Assembly (NCBI GenBank): GCA_963705725.1
Contig: CAVPKM010000013.1
Span: 96,001-160,000, forward strand
Direction of reading: 5' to 3'
Source: an uncultured Gammaproteobacteria bacterium
GTDB lineage: Bacteria; Pseudomonadota; Gammaproteobacteria; UBA6002
Length of the DNA stretch: 64,000 nucleotides
The notes under the pieces are model-generated. The model saw only the letters and a list, made by a program, of their open reading frames with translations, did not search any database and was not told where the DNA came from. Below are positions 53,903-64,000 of the stretch, in pieces. The position numbers and the translations under genes are program-made. Within the stretch, counting starts at the first letter, position 1; the number at the start of each line of letters is the position of its first letter.

Positions 53903-54712
53903 ATGATTGAATTAACAACCTTCTCCTTAATTAAAGTTGCAGGCGAGAATGCGCCGTCCTTTTTACAAGGACAACTCACTTGTGATGTCACCCAAGTATT
54001 CGATGATAATAGTATTATCGGTGCCATTTGTAATCATCAAGGTAGAATACTTGCAATTTTTAACTTATTTAAATTCGAGCATGAATTCCATTTTTTAATT
54101 CCTAAAGAATTAACAAGGGAGTTTATCAAGCATTTAAAAAAATATGCTGTGTTCTCTAAAGTTAGTTTGATGGATGTGACCAATGACTTTTATCGTTATG
54201 GTTATTTGGGGGATCCATTACCCAATCATCTAAAAAAACAAGGAACCTTTCCTTATAAAATGATGGGGGCGACAGCAAGATATCTTGTGATCAGTCGAAA
54301 TACGCTTGAGGTAACCAAAGATGAAAAATGCTGGCGCTATACTAACATCCTATCGGGATGGCCCACTATATATATAGAAACAGTCGGGAAGTTGACACCT
54401 CATATGATTAATCTGCCTATCTTAGGCGGGGTCAGTTTTAAAAAAGGATGCTATGTAGGTCAAGAGATTATTGCCAGAACTCAATATCTAGGTAAATCTA
54501 AAAGACATTTGTGTCTTGCTGAAATGAGTGGAGAAATCCTGGTGCAGCCAGGAATGGTACTTTATTCTAATGACCAAGAAGCAGGGTTAGTTGTGGATAG
54601 CGTGTCAATTGAAGATGTGACCTATTTGCAGGCAGTGTTGCATGACCCTATTGACCGTGATTTTTTCCTTGATAGAAGATTTAAACTTAATAATATCTCT
54701 AGATATATATAG
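53903..54712 (+). CDS. ygfZ: Folate-binding protein YgfZ
   Basis: [17 protein letters not shown]. Confidence 0.95.
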   Translation: MIELTTFSLIKVAGENAPSFLQGQLTCDVTQVFDDNSIIGAICNHQGRILAIFNLFKFEHEFHFLIPKELTREFIKHLKKYAVFSKVSLMDVTNDFYRYGYLGDPLPNHLKKQGTFPYKMMGATARYLVISRNTLEVTKDEKCWRYTNILSGWPTIYIETVGKLTPHMINLPILGGVSFKKGCYVGQEIIARTQYLGKSKRHLCLAEMSGEILVQPGMVLYSNDQEAGLVVDSVSIEDVTYLQAVLHDPIDRDFFLDRRFKLNNISRYI

Positions 54713-54729
54713 AAAAGAAGAGAAGTGCA

Positions 54730-56232
54730 ATGGTGACAGAAAATAATGAGCACATAGATGAAAATGAACAGATCGCACTGCGACGAGAAAAGTTAACATC
54801 ACTTCGCCAATCTTGCCAAAATGCTTTTAGAAATGATTTTAAACCCATCCACCTTGCTGCGATTTTACACGAACAATTTGATAATTTAACTCATGAAGCG
54901 CTAGAACAAGCAAATCAAACCGTGCTGCTAGCGGGAAGGATGATTACAAAAAGGGTAATGGGTAAGGCAAGCTTTGTTCACCTGCAAGATCGAACTGGAA
55001 AAATACAATTATATATTAAAAAAGAAGAGTTAACTCAAGATAACTATCAAGCATTTAAAGAGTGGGATCTTGGCGACATCATTGGAGTAGTTGGAACATT
55101 ATTTAAAACTAAGACAAATGAACTGACGATCAAGGCAACTCAGCTGGTTTTTTTAACAAAGGCATTAAGACCCTTGCCTGATAAATTTCATGGATTAAGT
55201 GACCAAGAGCTGCGTTATCGACAACGTTATTTAGATATTTTAGTTAACGAGAAAAGTCGACAAACATTTTATCTGCGGTCGAAAATTATTGAAGCAATGC
55301 GTGTTTTTTTATGTGACCGCGATTTTCTTGAGGTGGAAACGCCCATGATGCACGCGATTCCAGGAGGGGCGGCGGCTAAACCATTTAAAACTCATCATAA
55401 TGCACTGAATATGGAGCTTTTTTTAAGAATTGCGCCTGAACTTTATTTGAAGCGATTAGTTGTCGGTGGCTTTGATCGTGTATTTGAAATCAACCGTAAT
55501 TTTCGAAACGAAGGTCTTTCAACCAGGCATAATCCTGAATTTACTATGATTGAATTTTATCAAGCTTATGCAGATTATTACGATTTAATGAATTTGACTG
55601 AAGAAATGTTGCGATTTATCGCTAATACAGTTTTAGGCAAGACTACGATTGACTATCAGGGCAAAAGGTATGATTTAAATCAGCCCTTTGCGAGAATGAC
55701 GCTGCAAGATGCCATATTAGCGCATAACAACACGTTGACTAGAGAAGAGTTAAATAATATTCAGCGGCTAACAGAATTTGCAAAACAACTTGGCCTGGGT
55801 ATTCCTTTGGGAGAAGGTCTGGGCAAAATTCAATATGCAATTTTTGAAAAAACTGTCGAAAAAGCGCTTGAAGGTCCAATCTTCATAACGGAATTTCCAA
55901 CAGAAGTCTCTCCACTTGCACGTATGAATGACGATAACCCATTTGTTACTGATCGCTTTGAGTTTTTTATTGGAGGGAGAGAAATTGCAAATGGTTTTTC
56001 AGAATTGAATGACCCTGAAGATCAGGCCATGAGATTTAAAGAGCAAGCTCAAGCAAGAAATGCTGGTGATGAAGAGGCGATGTACTATGACGCTGAATAT
56101 ATTACAGCTTTAGAACATGGTCTCCCACCTACCGCAGGTGAAGGGATTGGGATAGATCGTTTAGTGATGTTTTTTACCGACTCTCCCTCAATTCGAGATG
56201 TGATTTTGTTTCCGCTAATGCGCCCAGAGTAA
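54730..56232 (+). CDS. lysS: Lysine--tRNA ligase
   Basis: [28 protein letters not shown]. Confidence 0.99.
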   Translation: MVTENNEHIDENEQIALRREKLTSLRQSCQNAFRNDFKPIHLAAILHEQFDNLTHEALEQANQTVLLAGRMITKRVMGKASFVHLQDRTGKIQLYIKKEELTQDNYQAFKEWDLGDIIGVVGTLFKTKTNELTIKATQLVFLTKALRPLPDKFHGLSDQELRYRQRYLDILVNEKSRQTFYLRSKIIEAMRVFLCDRDFLEVETPMMHAIPGGAAAKPFKTHHNALNMELFLRIAPELYLKRLVVGGFDRVFEINRNFRNEGLSTRHNPEFTMIEFYQAYADYYDLMNLTEEMLRFIANTVLGKTTIDYQGKRYDLNQPFARMTLQDAILAHNNTLTREELNNIQRLTEFAKQLGLGIPLGEGLGKIQYAIFEKTVEKALEGPIFITEFPTEVSPLARMNDDNPFVTDRFEFFIGGREIANGFSELNDPEDQAMRFKEQAQARNAGDEEAMYYDAEYITALEHGLPPTAGEGIGIDRLVMFFTDSPSIRDVILFPLMRPE

Positions 56233-56235
56233 GCG

Positions 56236-57340
56236 CTATACGTCTTCTTTCAAACTTGCCTCCATAAACATATCTAAATCACCATCCAAAATTGCTTGAA
56301 TTTTCTGTGGGCTAGTGGTTTCGATCCCAGTTCTAAGATCTTTAATACGCGAATCATCTAAAATATAGGAACGAATTTGGCTGCCCCAGGTGATTTCAGA
56401 CTTTTTTTCCTCTAAGCTTCTTTTTTCTGCATTTTTTTTCTGTAGTTCCAGTTCATACAATTTCGATCGCAATTGTTTTAATGCTTGTGCACGATTTTTA
56501 TGTTGAGATCGATCATTTTGACATTGGACAACAATTCCGGTGGGGAGATGTGTGATGCGTATTGCTGAATCTGTTGTATTAACGTGCTGTCCTCCAGCTC
56601 CGCGAGCACGATAAGTATCAACCCGTAAATCGGCGGGGTTAATATCAACTTGAAAGTCATCATCAATTTCAGGTGAAACAAAGATGGAAGCAAATGAAGT
56701 ATGCCGCCTGTTGCCAGAGTCAAAAGGGGATTTGCGCACCAAGCGGTGAACTCCTGTTTCAGTTCGAAGCCAACCGTAGGCAAATTCTCCTTGAAAATAA
56801 ATAGTGGCTCCCTTGATTCCTGCTACTTCACCTGGAGAAACATGGATTAATTCGGTTTTTAAATGATGTCTATCCGCCCATTTCAAATACATCCGTAGCA
56901 ACATTTCAGCCCAGTCTTGTGCTTCTGTCCCTCCCGAGCCAGATTGAATATCCACGTAAGCGTTGTTTTCATCAAGCGGATTAGAAAACATCCGTCTAAA
57001 CTCTAACTCTTCAACGGCGGGAGTCAGTGTTAATAGGTCTTTGGCTAAGGATTCAAGAATGGAAATTTCCTGTTCATTTTTAGCTAAATCAAGTAACTCA
57101 ATGGCATCTGAGAGTTCACTCTCAAGATTTCGAAGAGGATGAACAAGATTTTCCAGTTTAACTCGCTCCTTACCCAGTGCTTGTGCTTTATCGGGATGTT
57201 GCCAAATATCCGGATCCTCAAGTTCAAGAATGATTTCTTCTAGACGTTCTTTTGCTTGATCAAATTCAAAGGTACCCCCGTAGGGCAGTTAAACGTGCTT
57301 GAAGATCGATGAATTTTTCATATAGTTGGTTGATTTCCAT
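56236..57340 (-). CDS. prfB: Peptide chain release factor 2 with programmed +1 frameshift at 57265-57271
   Basis: MEINQL...LRGYL then CTT TGA A; the +1 frame joins the ORF containing SPF and GGQ. Confidence 0.97.
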
Positions 57341-57511
57341 AAATTTTCTCAATGGCTGTTCAAAGTTTATTAATATGACATGGCTCACTACTTTAGTCAA
57401 AAACACGGTTATTTTTTTAAGTTAATCTTCGTTATTCTATGGATTTAAGGTTAGGCGCAAGGGTTTGACTTTGAGGGGGGTATAAAATTCATTCACGAAG
57501 GGTATACAAGC

Positions 57512-57958
57512 TTGAAAGGTTTCAGTTTACTCGAGCTATTGGCTGTGATTGCCTTACTTGCAATTCTGCTATCTGCTAGCGTTCCAGGTCTTTATCATCT
57601 AAAAAACAGTTTAATTTGTAAGCATGCCATTAAACAAATGGAGAATGAGCTTCAGCTTGCTCGAAGTATTGCAATTGGCGTGAGTAAAAAAATATATTAT
57701 TGTCAGGAATTGGGATGGGAAAAAAATCGAATCATCAAAGATGCATCAGGTTATTATTATCATCACTTTGCAGCCATGCCAGATCAGATAAAAATTACCC
57801 TGAAAAATAGTCTGGGAAGAACTGACTGCCTAATATTTACTGAGATGGGGTTTACATTATCACAAAATGCGACATTTTTTATTGCCTCCAAGACTGAAAC
57901 ACGCAAATTGACAGTGACGATATCAGGTCGGTCTCGTTTTGATCCGTCAGAGTCTTAA
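57512..57958 (+). CDS. GspH/FimT-like prepilin
   Basis: Class III signal KG-FSLLEL plus hydrophobic helix; ARSIAI. Confidence 0.8.
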   Translation: MKGFSLLELLAVIALLAILLSASVPGLYHLKNSLICKHAIKQMENELQLARSIAIGVSKKIYYCQELGWEKNRIIKDASGYYYHHFAAMPDQIKITLKNSLGRTDCLIFTEMGFTLSQNATFFIASKTETRKLTVTISGRSRFDPSES

Positions 57959-57974
57959 AGACTAGATTTCTGAT

Positions 57975-59108
57975 CTATGAGGTAGAAGAAATAAAAATTT
58001 CAATTTGATCAAGCATGTTGTCGAAATCTGGGTTATAGCTCAATCGGGCCATTTTATTTTTTTTCAATGTCGACTTCGTAATCGCGCCTTGATAGATGTC
58101 ATCATTAGAAATTTTATTCACGTCGCCATAGTGGGATAGATCAAGTGAGGGGTTGTTTTCTCCAAGTAAGGGGTTTTTGGGAGAAATAGTCAGACAAATG
58201 TGAGAGAAATTGATAATTCGTTGTTTCGGGTAGTGACTTTTTTTGAGAATGACCCTTTGATCTGGCCAATTTTTTTGATAATTGGTATAAACCAATAACC
58301 TATTTTTTAGATTATTTTGACGATAAAAAAAATCTATAATAGCTTTATCGCAGATGGTCTCATCGTCAGCGCTAAGTATAACCATCATCGGCATTTGAAC
58401 TTTTTTGTTTACAAGTTTTTTTCTAACTTCTTCGATGATAAGACATGCCTGGAAGCCAGCGTTGTAAGCTTGGCAACTATATTTCGCATAGTTATTTGTA
58501 TTGTTAATTTGATGCCAGTTAGCTTTTTGGCCTAACCAGCTAAATAGCTGATACCTGCGCGCTAAAAAAAATTTTAAACGATTCCTAGGTTTAATGGCGG
58601 GTGCAAATAAGAGTAATCCGGCATAATTTTGATTATTGCTAAGTACTTCATTTAATGCCAGTAAACCGCCTAAAGAATAGCCCGCTAGATAAAGATGCGT
58701 GACTTTACCTTGCAGACTGTTAATTCCATACCTTACGGCTTTTACCCATTCGCGATAATCAATTCGCAGTAAGTCACCCGGCACCGTGCCATGTCCTGGC
58801 AGTAAAATTGAGCGCACGAGAAAGCCCATATTTGCAAAACGTTCGCCTACATCTCTCATGTAATAAGGTGAATCGAATAGGCCGTGGACAAGTAATATTC
58901 CTTTTTTCTGATGAGGTTTAAGTTCCCATGAAAAAGGACTGTTAGCGATAATGACTTTATTGGCGTTTTCATCAAATAAATCAAGGCGAGTTTCTATGAT
59001 GATATTCCGCATCAGGTCAATATATTCTTCAAAAGGAAGATCCTGACCCATAAATCTATCATTTAAGCCAGATGGCTTCAAAAGCAGGTTGCTACTTGGT
59101 TTTTGCAT
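57975..59108 (-). CDS. Alpha/beta hydrolase (lysophospholipase-like)
   Basis: LLVHGLFDSPY, LPGHGT, GYSLGG. Confidence 0.88.
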   Translation of the reverse strand: MQKPSSNLLLKPSGLNDRFMGQDLPFEEYIDLMRNIIIETRLDLFDENANKVIIANSPFSWELKPHQKKGILLVHGLFDSPYYMRDVGERFANMGFLVRSILLPGHGTVPGDLLRIDYREWVKAVRYGINSLQGKVTHLYLAGYSLGGLLALNEVLSNNQNYAGLLLFAPAIKPRNRLKFFLARRYQLFSWLGQKANWHQINNTNNYAKYSCQAYNAGFQACLIIEEVRKKLVNKKVQMPMMVILSADDETICDKAIIDFFYRQNNLKNRLLVYTNYQKNWPDQRVILKKSHYPKQRIINFSHICLTISPKNPLLGENNPSLDLSHYGDVNKISNDDIYQGAITKSTLKKNKMARLSYNPDFDNMLDQIEIFISSTS

Positions 59109-59150
59109 ATAAACTTGATATCTTCCTGAAGAGACGTAACGCCTAGGTAG

Positions 59151-59459
59151 TTGATGATTTACCATCGAATCGCTTTTATATTACTCATTGCGCTTTCTTC
59201 TTTCAATGGAAGCGCTGCCGAAAATCCTGCAATAGGAGATGTCGCGCAATCTTTCTATGAACCGGTGACGCTGATTATACAACTTGTTCGTGGAGTCAGT
59301 TTTATTTGTGGAAGTGGTCTTATATTGGGAGGGGTATTGAAGTTCATTGATCACCGGCGAAATCCTGTTGCATCGAGATTAAGTGCGGTAATATTTATGT
59401 TTATTTTTGGTTTTGCGCTGATCTTAGTGGGTATGATACCTGATCGATTGGGAAGTTGA
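59151..59459 (+). CDS. IcmD/DotP-like small membrane protein
   Basis: Signal, IGDVA...CG.G....G.LKF..HRRNP, then a second TM; resembles IcmD from memory. Confidence 0.55.
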   Translation: MMIYHRIAFILLIALSSFNGSAAENPAIGDVAQSFYEPVTLIIQLVRGVSFICGSGLILGGVLKFIDHRRNPVASRLSAVIFMFIFGFALILVGMIPDRLGS

Positions 59460-59462
59460 TTG

Positions 59463-59912
59463 ATGCAAAGAATGCTAAGGTGCATTTATATTTTCGTGGG
59501 GATTGGCGTTTTGGTTTCTTGCGATAGCCACTATTCGGTGAACGATTACTTGTTACATCCTGAAAAAATAGAGAAGGATTATCAATCGTGTGTATTTAAA
59601 AAACCGAAAACTAATCAGCGCCAGCAATGCTCCAATCTGCTTCAGGCAATCCCAATATTCAAACATTATTTGTCCGAGCAAATTGAACAACCCGAACAGT
59701 TTGGTATGAATATTATGAAAATTGAATATCGTCTAGTAGAACTAAAAAAAAGTTACCGCCACGCGAAGCAAGAACACATTAACCCCATCTATTTACAACA
59801 TTTAGAAGCAGGAATAAAAAAAGCGGAATTTGAATTGGCGATGCGGTTTGCCGTTATTCGCTTCCTATTTAAAAAAGCGGCGACTTTTCCTAGGATGGAA
59901 ATATCCACTTAA
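59463..59912 (+). CDS. Lipoprotein with EexN-like N-terminal motif
   Basis: Lipobox LVSC, then YSVNDYLLHPEKIEKDYQSC...C. Confidence 0.55.
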   Translation: MQRMLRCIYIFVGIGVLVSCDSHYSVNDYLLHPEKIEKDYQSCVFKKPKTNQRQQCSNLLQAIPIFKHYLSEQIEQPEQFGMNIMKIEYRLVELKKSYRHAKQEHINPIYLQHLEAGIKKAEFELAMRFAVIRFLFKKAATFPRMEIST

Positions 59913-59994
59913 GGTTTAGCCTTTGCAAGAATATACCCTATACATGACTGAAGAGAAACGATACGGGTATAGTTACGATATATAAGGAGGAGAC

Positions 59995-60651
59995 ATGCGA
60001 ATAATATTATTGGGTGCACCAGGAGCTGGGAAAGGTACCCAAGGACAATTAATATCAAAAAATTTTGGTGTCCCACAGATCTCAACAGGTGACATGCTGC
60101 GCATGGCATTTAAAGAAAATAATCCCTTAGGAATCACCGCAAAAAAAATTATGGATCAAGGGAAACTTGTTTCTGATGAAATTATTATTCAATTGGTAAA
60201 GGACCGTATACAAAAAAAAGACTGTGAAAATGGTTTTTTGTTTGATGGTTTTCCAAGAACATTAGCGCAAGCGCAGGCGGTACTCGCTCAAAAAATTACA
60301 ATCGATCATGTCATTGAAATCAAACTTTCGGATGAAAAAATTATTAAACGATTGAGTGGTCGTAGGATTCATCCGAGATCAGGAAGGGTTTACCATGTGG
60401 ATTATCATCCTCCACAACGGCCAGGTTTAGATGATTTAACAGGTGAACCATTGGTGCAGCGAGATGATGATACTGAAGAAACAATTAAAAAGCGTCTTGC
60501 TGTTTATCATCTAGAAACCCAACCACTAATTAAGTTTTACCAAGATTTAAGTGACATTAATCTGGGCAAACCCATTTATACAACCATTTCTGGTGATAAT
60601 ACGGTTGAAAGCATTTATCACAAAATTGATGAATTGCTCAGAAACGAATAG
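59995..60651 (+). CDS. adk: Adenylate kinase
   Basis: [21 protein letters not shown]. Confidence 0.99.
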   Translation: MRIILLGAPGAGKGTQGQLISKNFGVPQISTGDMLRMAFKENNPLGITAKKIMDQGKLVSDEIIIQLVKDRIQKKDCENGFLFDGFPRTLAQAQAVLAQKITIDHVIEIKLSDEKIIKRLSGRRIHPRSGRVYHVDYHPPQRPGLDDLTGEPLVQRDDDTEETIKKRLAVYHLETQPLIKFYQDLSDINLGKPIYTTISGDNTVESIYHKIDELLRNE

Positions 60652-60679
60652 ACCTTTTGTGAATGAATTTTATGGGTGG

Positions 60680-61114
60680 TTAAATTATCTTATGACGCGC
60701 GATCGCGCCATAAGATAAAAGAATACTTTTAGCTGGTAGCTTTTTCTTAGCAGATTTAGTTGATTTTGCTGGTGAGGATTTTTTGCTGGTCTTGGTTGAG
60801 CGCTTACCGGGTTTTTTTGCGTATTGCTTTTCAAATTTAGCTAGAGCAGCGGTGATAACCTTTTGACGGGCTTCTTCCTTTTTGAAAAATTCTTTTTCAA
60901 ATGCAAGCCGCGCATTTTCAAAGGCTTCTTCTTCTATTTGTTTGATTTTGACTTTCCACTCTGCATTTGCTGCTGCTAATTTCTTTTCTAAATCTTTACG
61001 AGATTGCATAGCTTTTTGCAATTGAGCTTGTAATTTTTGGTGCTTGTCTTGCTTGATATTTTTTGCTGATAGATTAGATTGTGTGAGTTTTTTCGTTGGT
61101 TTCCTTCCGCGCAT
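60680..61114 (-). CDS. Lys-rich histone-like protein
   Basis: Basic N-terminus, coiled coil, tail KKPGKRSTKTSKKSSPAKSTKSAKKK; RBS GGAG. Confidence 0.65.
   Translation of the reverse strand: MRGRKPTKKLTQSNLSAKNIKQDKHQKLQAQLQKAMQSRKDLEKKLAAANAEWKVKIKQIEEEAFENARLAFEKEFFKKEEARQKVITAALAKFEKQYAKKPGKRSTKTSKKSSPAKSTKSAKKKLPAKSILLSYGAIARHKII
60685..60718. terminator. Hairpin between convergent adk and the histone-like gene
   Basis: TTATCTTATGACGCG-CGAT-CGCGCCATAAGATAA (14/15 arms). Confidence 0.55.
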
Positions 61115-61293
61115 TAAAAATCTCCTTGTAAATTAATACGAATAGTTACAATAAACTATTTTTTTTTAAAAGCAAGCAGAGTTCTTATTGAAAAAAACAC
61201 AAAACCGAGTTTTAAAGTCTTTTGAATATATATATGATATGACTCAACTTGAAAATCTTTACTTGAAAATCTTTTTTAGTTAATAGGCGAGAA

Positions 61294-62460
61294 ATGCACG
61301 ATAACTCCATCCTTTTTTCAATATTTGTCATTTTTTCAGGAGCAGCACTGCTTTCAACGGTTGCATTATATACCCGTCAGTCGTTATTAGTAGCTTATAT
61401 GCTGATTGGACTATTATTAGGGCCATGGGGATTGAAGCTTATCGCGAATGCAAGTGTGGTCAGAGAAATTGGTGATGTCGGCATTCTTTTCTTAATGTTT
61501 CTTCTTGGGCTGAATTTGCAGCCACAAAATCTCTTGCATATGTTTAAGAAAACCACGTGGATTGCAGTGGTGAGCTCTGTCGTTTTTGCATTAATTGGCT
61601 TTATCGTTGCTTATCTATTCCATTTCTCTTTAATTGAGTCATGGATAATTGGTGGCGCAATGATGTTTTCAAGTACGATTATTGGATTAAAGCTCTTGCC
61701 TACGACCATATTACACCATCAGCACACTGGTGAAATTATGATTAGTATTTTGCTTATGCAAGATTTAATTGCGATTATATTTCTGCTCATCATTCATGCA
61801 AGTACCGGAGGTTTGCGGTTAATTGATATCGGTGCGCTCTTACTGTCCCTTCCTGCCTTGATCTTTTTTGCTTTTCTATTTGAGAGGTGGATCTTAATAA
61901 AATTATTTTCACGATTTGATCGTGTTCGTGAATATATGTTCCTGCTTGCTATTGCTTGGTGCTTAGGTATTTCTGAATTAGCCAATCTAATTGGATTATC
62001 TCGAGAAATTGGTGCTTTTATTGCAGGCGTATCCATTGCCTCAAGCCCGATTGCTTTATATATCGCCGAAAGTTTAAAACCGATAAGAGATTTTTTTCTG
62101 GTAATGTTTTTTTTCGCGGTAGGAGCAAGTTTTAATCTGCAATTTTTTCCAGCAGTCGCCTTTCCCTCGATTATCTTGGGTGTAGCTTTACTGATTTTTA
62201 AGCCGATCACCTTTAATTTATTACTTAGATCAGTTAAAGAAACCCGTCATCTTGCTTGGGAAGTCGGTGTGCGCCTCGGTCAATCTAGCGAATTTTCATT
62301 GCTTATCGCTTATATGGCAGCGAGTTCAGCCTTGATTAATGCTGCGGCATCTAATCTAATACAAGCTGCGACCATGATTACCTTTATTGCTTCTTCTTAT
62401 ATTGTGGTTCTAAAGTTTCCTACACCAGTTGCAATTAATGATAAATTACGAAGAGATTAG
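61294..62460 (+). CDS. CPA2 cation:proton antiporter (KefB-like membrane domain)
   Basis: MFLLGL, FSST, LLMQD, GAFIAG, RDFF, GQSSEF. Confidence 0.92.
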   Translation: MHDNSILFSIFVIFSGAALLSTVALYTRQSLLVAYMLIGLLLGPWGLKLIANASVVREIGDVGILFLMFLLGLNLQPQNLLHMFKKTTWIAVVSSVVFALIGFIVAYLFHFSLIESWIIGGAMMFSSTIIGLKLLPTTILHHQHTGEIMISILLMQDLIAIIFLLIIHASTGGLRLIDIGALLLSLPALIFFAFLFERWILIKLFSRFDRVREYMFLLAIAWCLGISELANLIGLSREIGAFIAGVSIASSPIALYIAESLKPIRDFFLVMFFFAVGASFNLQFFPAVAFPSIILGVALLIFKPITFNLLLRSVKETRHLAWEVGVRLGQSSEFSLLIAYMAASSALINAAASNLIQAATMITFIASSYIVVLKFPTPVAINDKLRRD

Positions 62461-62472
62461 TGAGTCGTTCTC

Positions 62473-63030
62473 ATGCGTCAAGCGTTAGTCATCGATATGA
62501 CGAGTGGATTATTAAATATTGCAGAGTACCTACCGTCTCCGAATTGTGATGAGCGTGAGGGGAAGGATATTGATTTACTTGTTATTCATAATATCAGTTT
62601 GCCTCCTGCAGAATTTGGTGGTAATGATGTAATTAAATTTTTTAGAAACGAGCTCGATTTTAATTCGCATGAGTTCTATGAAAAAATTGCACATTCAAAG
62701 GTGTCCTCACATTTATTTATTTCTAGGGAAGGAGCGGTAACGCAGTTTGTTCCTTTTCATCTGCGAGCATGGCATGCGGGAGAATCTTCATTTGAAAATC
62801 GAAGTGGATGCAATGATTTTTCAATTGGCATCGAGTTGGAAGGGACGGACACCATTACCTATGAGCCGATTCAGTATCAGCTTTTAGCAGCGATTACTAA
62901 GCAGCTAATTCAGTGCTACCCTGGCATCACTTTTGATAGAATCGTTGGACATGAAACCATTGCGCCAGAACGAAAAACGGATCCAGGACCGGCCTTTGAT
63001 TGGCAATATTATAGGAAATTAGTAAGATGA
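62473..63030 (+). CDS. ampD: 1,6-anhydro-N-acetylmuramyl-L-alanine amidase
   Basis: IHNISLPP, RAWHAG, NDFSIGIELEG, RKTDPG. Confidence 0.97.
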   Translation: MRQALVIDMTSGLLNIAEYLPSPNCDEREGKDIDLLVIHNISLPPAEFGGNDVIKFFRNELDFNSHEFYEKIAHSKVSSHLFISREGAVTQFVPFHLRAWHAGESSFENRSGCNDFSIGIELEGTDTITYEPIQYQLLAAITKQLIQCYPGITFDRIVGHETIAPERKTDPGPAFDWQYYRKLVR

Positions 63031-63878
63031 AATTTTTAATTTTAATCATCACGCTTATACTGCAGACATTAATACAACAAAAAGGCTTAAATAAGCATAG
63101 CTTAATTAATCGCTATATTAATTTTCTGCTGCCTTCTTTCCAAAGGCTGAATCTGGAAACAGGTTGGCAAGTCACATTAGGACTGCTGGCACCTGCTATG
63201 ATATTTTTGCTATTATTAGCTATCCTTCTTCATCACGTCATTTGGCTTTATTTTATTTATTCATTGGTTATTTTATGGTTATGTCTGGATTACGGTAATA
63301 TCAAGACCTGCTTAGCAGCATATTTCACAGCGTTGACTGATGAAAATATAGGTAGAGCTCAAGTTGAGGCAGAGCAATTTACTATGAAAGCGTTGAGTAA
63401 TGATAAAGCAGTGATTACTCGGGCTATCACTGAAAAAATATTGAGTCATTCAGTTACTCACATTTTTTCAGTTATCTTTTGGTTTATGCTGCTAGGTCCC
63501 GTTGGTGCGGCTTTATATTTTTTGATTGCAGTGATTGCAGCTAAATATGAAAAAATGGAAATGGGTTTTTCCCACCTACAATTTGCCGAGTACCTCAAGG
63601 ACATATTCGATTGGATTCCAGTCAGGCTGGTCACTTTTACTTTTGCATTGATCAGTGATTTTAGTTCAGTCATAAAAATCTGGTTAGCTCATTTGGGTAG
63701 CGATACCACTCAAAACACTTTCCTGTTATTAGAGAGTGGCTTAACTGCACTTAATTCCGAGCCACCTGAAATGCAGGTGGGAGTAGCTGAAAACCACCAT
63801 GCTATCAGGCTCATTTATCGAACATTATGGGCATGGGTGATTGCAATTGGGATAATCACTTTATTGTCACTGATATAA
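63027..63878 (+). CDS. ampE: AmpE/CobD-like membrane protein
   Basis: IFSVIFWFMLLGPVGAALY, DWIPVRL; overlaps the ampD stop. Confidence 0.85.
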   Translation: MKFLILIITLILQTLIQQKGLNKHSLINRYINFLLPSFQRLNLETGWQVTLGLLAPAMIFLLLLAILLHHVIWLYFIYSLVILWLCLDYGNIKTCLAAYFTALTDENIGRAQVEAEQFTMKALSNDKAVITRAITEKILSHSVTHIFSVIFWFMLLGPVGAALYFLIAVIAAKYEKMEMGFSHLQFAEYLKDIFDWIPVRLVTFTFALISDFSSVIKIWLAHLGSDTTQNTFLLLESGLTALNSEPPEMQVGVAENHHAIRLIYRTLWAWVIAIGIITLLSLI

Positions 63879-63971
63879 ACCGACCACTATACTCTTGCAA
63901 ATGGATTTTAGGCTAAGGGGCGAGTGCCAGGCCCAAAAAGAGTATATGTCAATCAAATGAGGGAATACTCC

Positions 63972-64000
63972 ATGCTTGAACCTAATCATCCACTTCAAGA
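63972..64000 (+). CDS. 5' end of a gene cut by the window edge (possibly aceE by synteny)
   Basis: GAGG RBS then MLEPNHPLQ; too short to identify. Confidence 0.3.

Noticed and set aside
61140-61160. GAATAGTTAC matching the MITE end
   Set aside because: Only 10 nt, with no partner TIR or target duplication.

Overview
AT-rich gammaproteobacterial chromosome segment. Gene order and content point to a Legionellales/Coxiellaceae-like host-associated bacterium (inference). Core blocks: dciA-like/secA-mutT, pilD-coaE-zapD-yacG, wrbA, proS, aspS-yebC-ruvCAB-tolQRAB-pal-cpoB-queE, a MoxR/Bat operon, ffh-rpsP-rimM-trmD-rplS, lysS, prfB, adk and ampDE. Two accessory islets sit next to tRNAs. (1) After tRNA-Thr(CGT): an AlbA_2/Schlafen-like gene, two ankyrin effector candidates with PmrA-like boxes (one ends in a CaaX motif), a broken and an intact AbiE toxin-antitoxin pair, and a third ankyrin gene. 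(2) After tRNA-Lys(TTT): two Rpn nuclease copies with internal RpnS starts, flanking IS1634/IS5/IS1380 remnants and an orphan 49-aa-repeat protein with tandem (E/K)DIYxN motifs. Other notable items: a small MITE family with GTAAC ends and 8-bp target duplications, a ~69-copy 9-bp microsatellite encoding (KEN)n inside the BatC-like gene, a non-canonical prfB frameshift site, and an IcmD-like plus EexN-like gene pair. Many single-base frameshifts between 26.8 and 40.2 kb may be sequencing errors. No database searches were run; family calls come from motif recognition.
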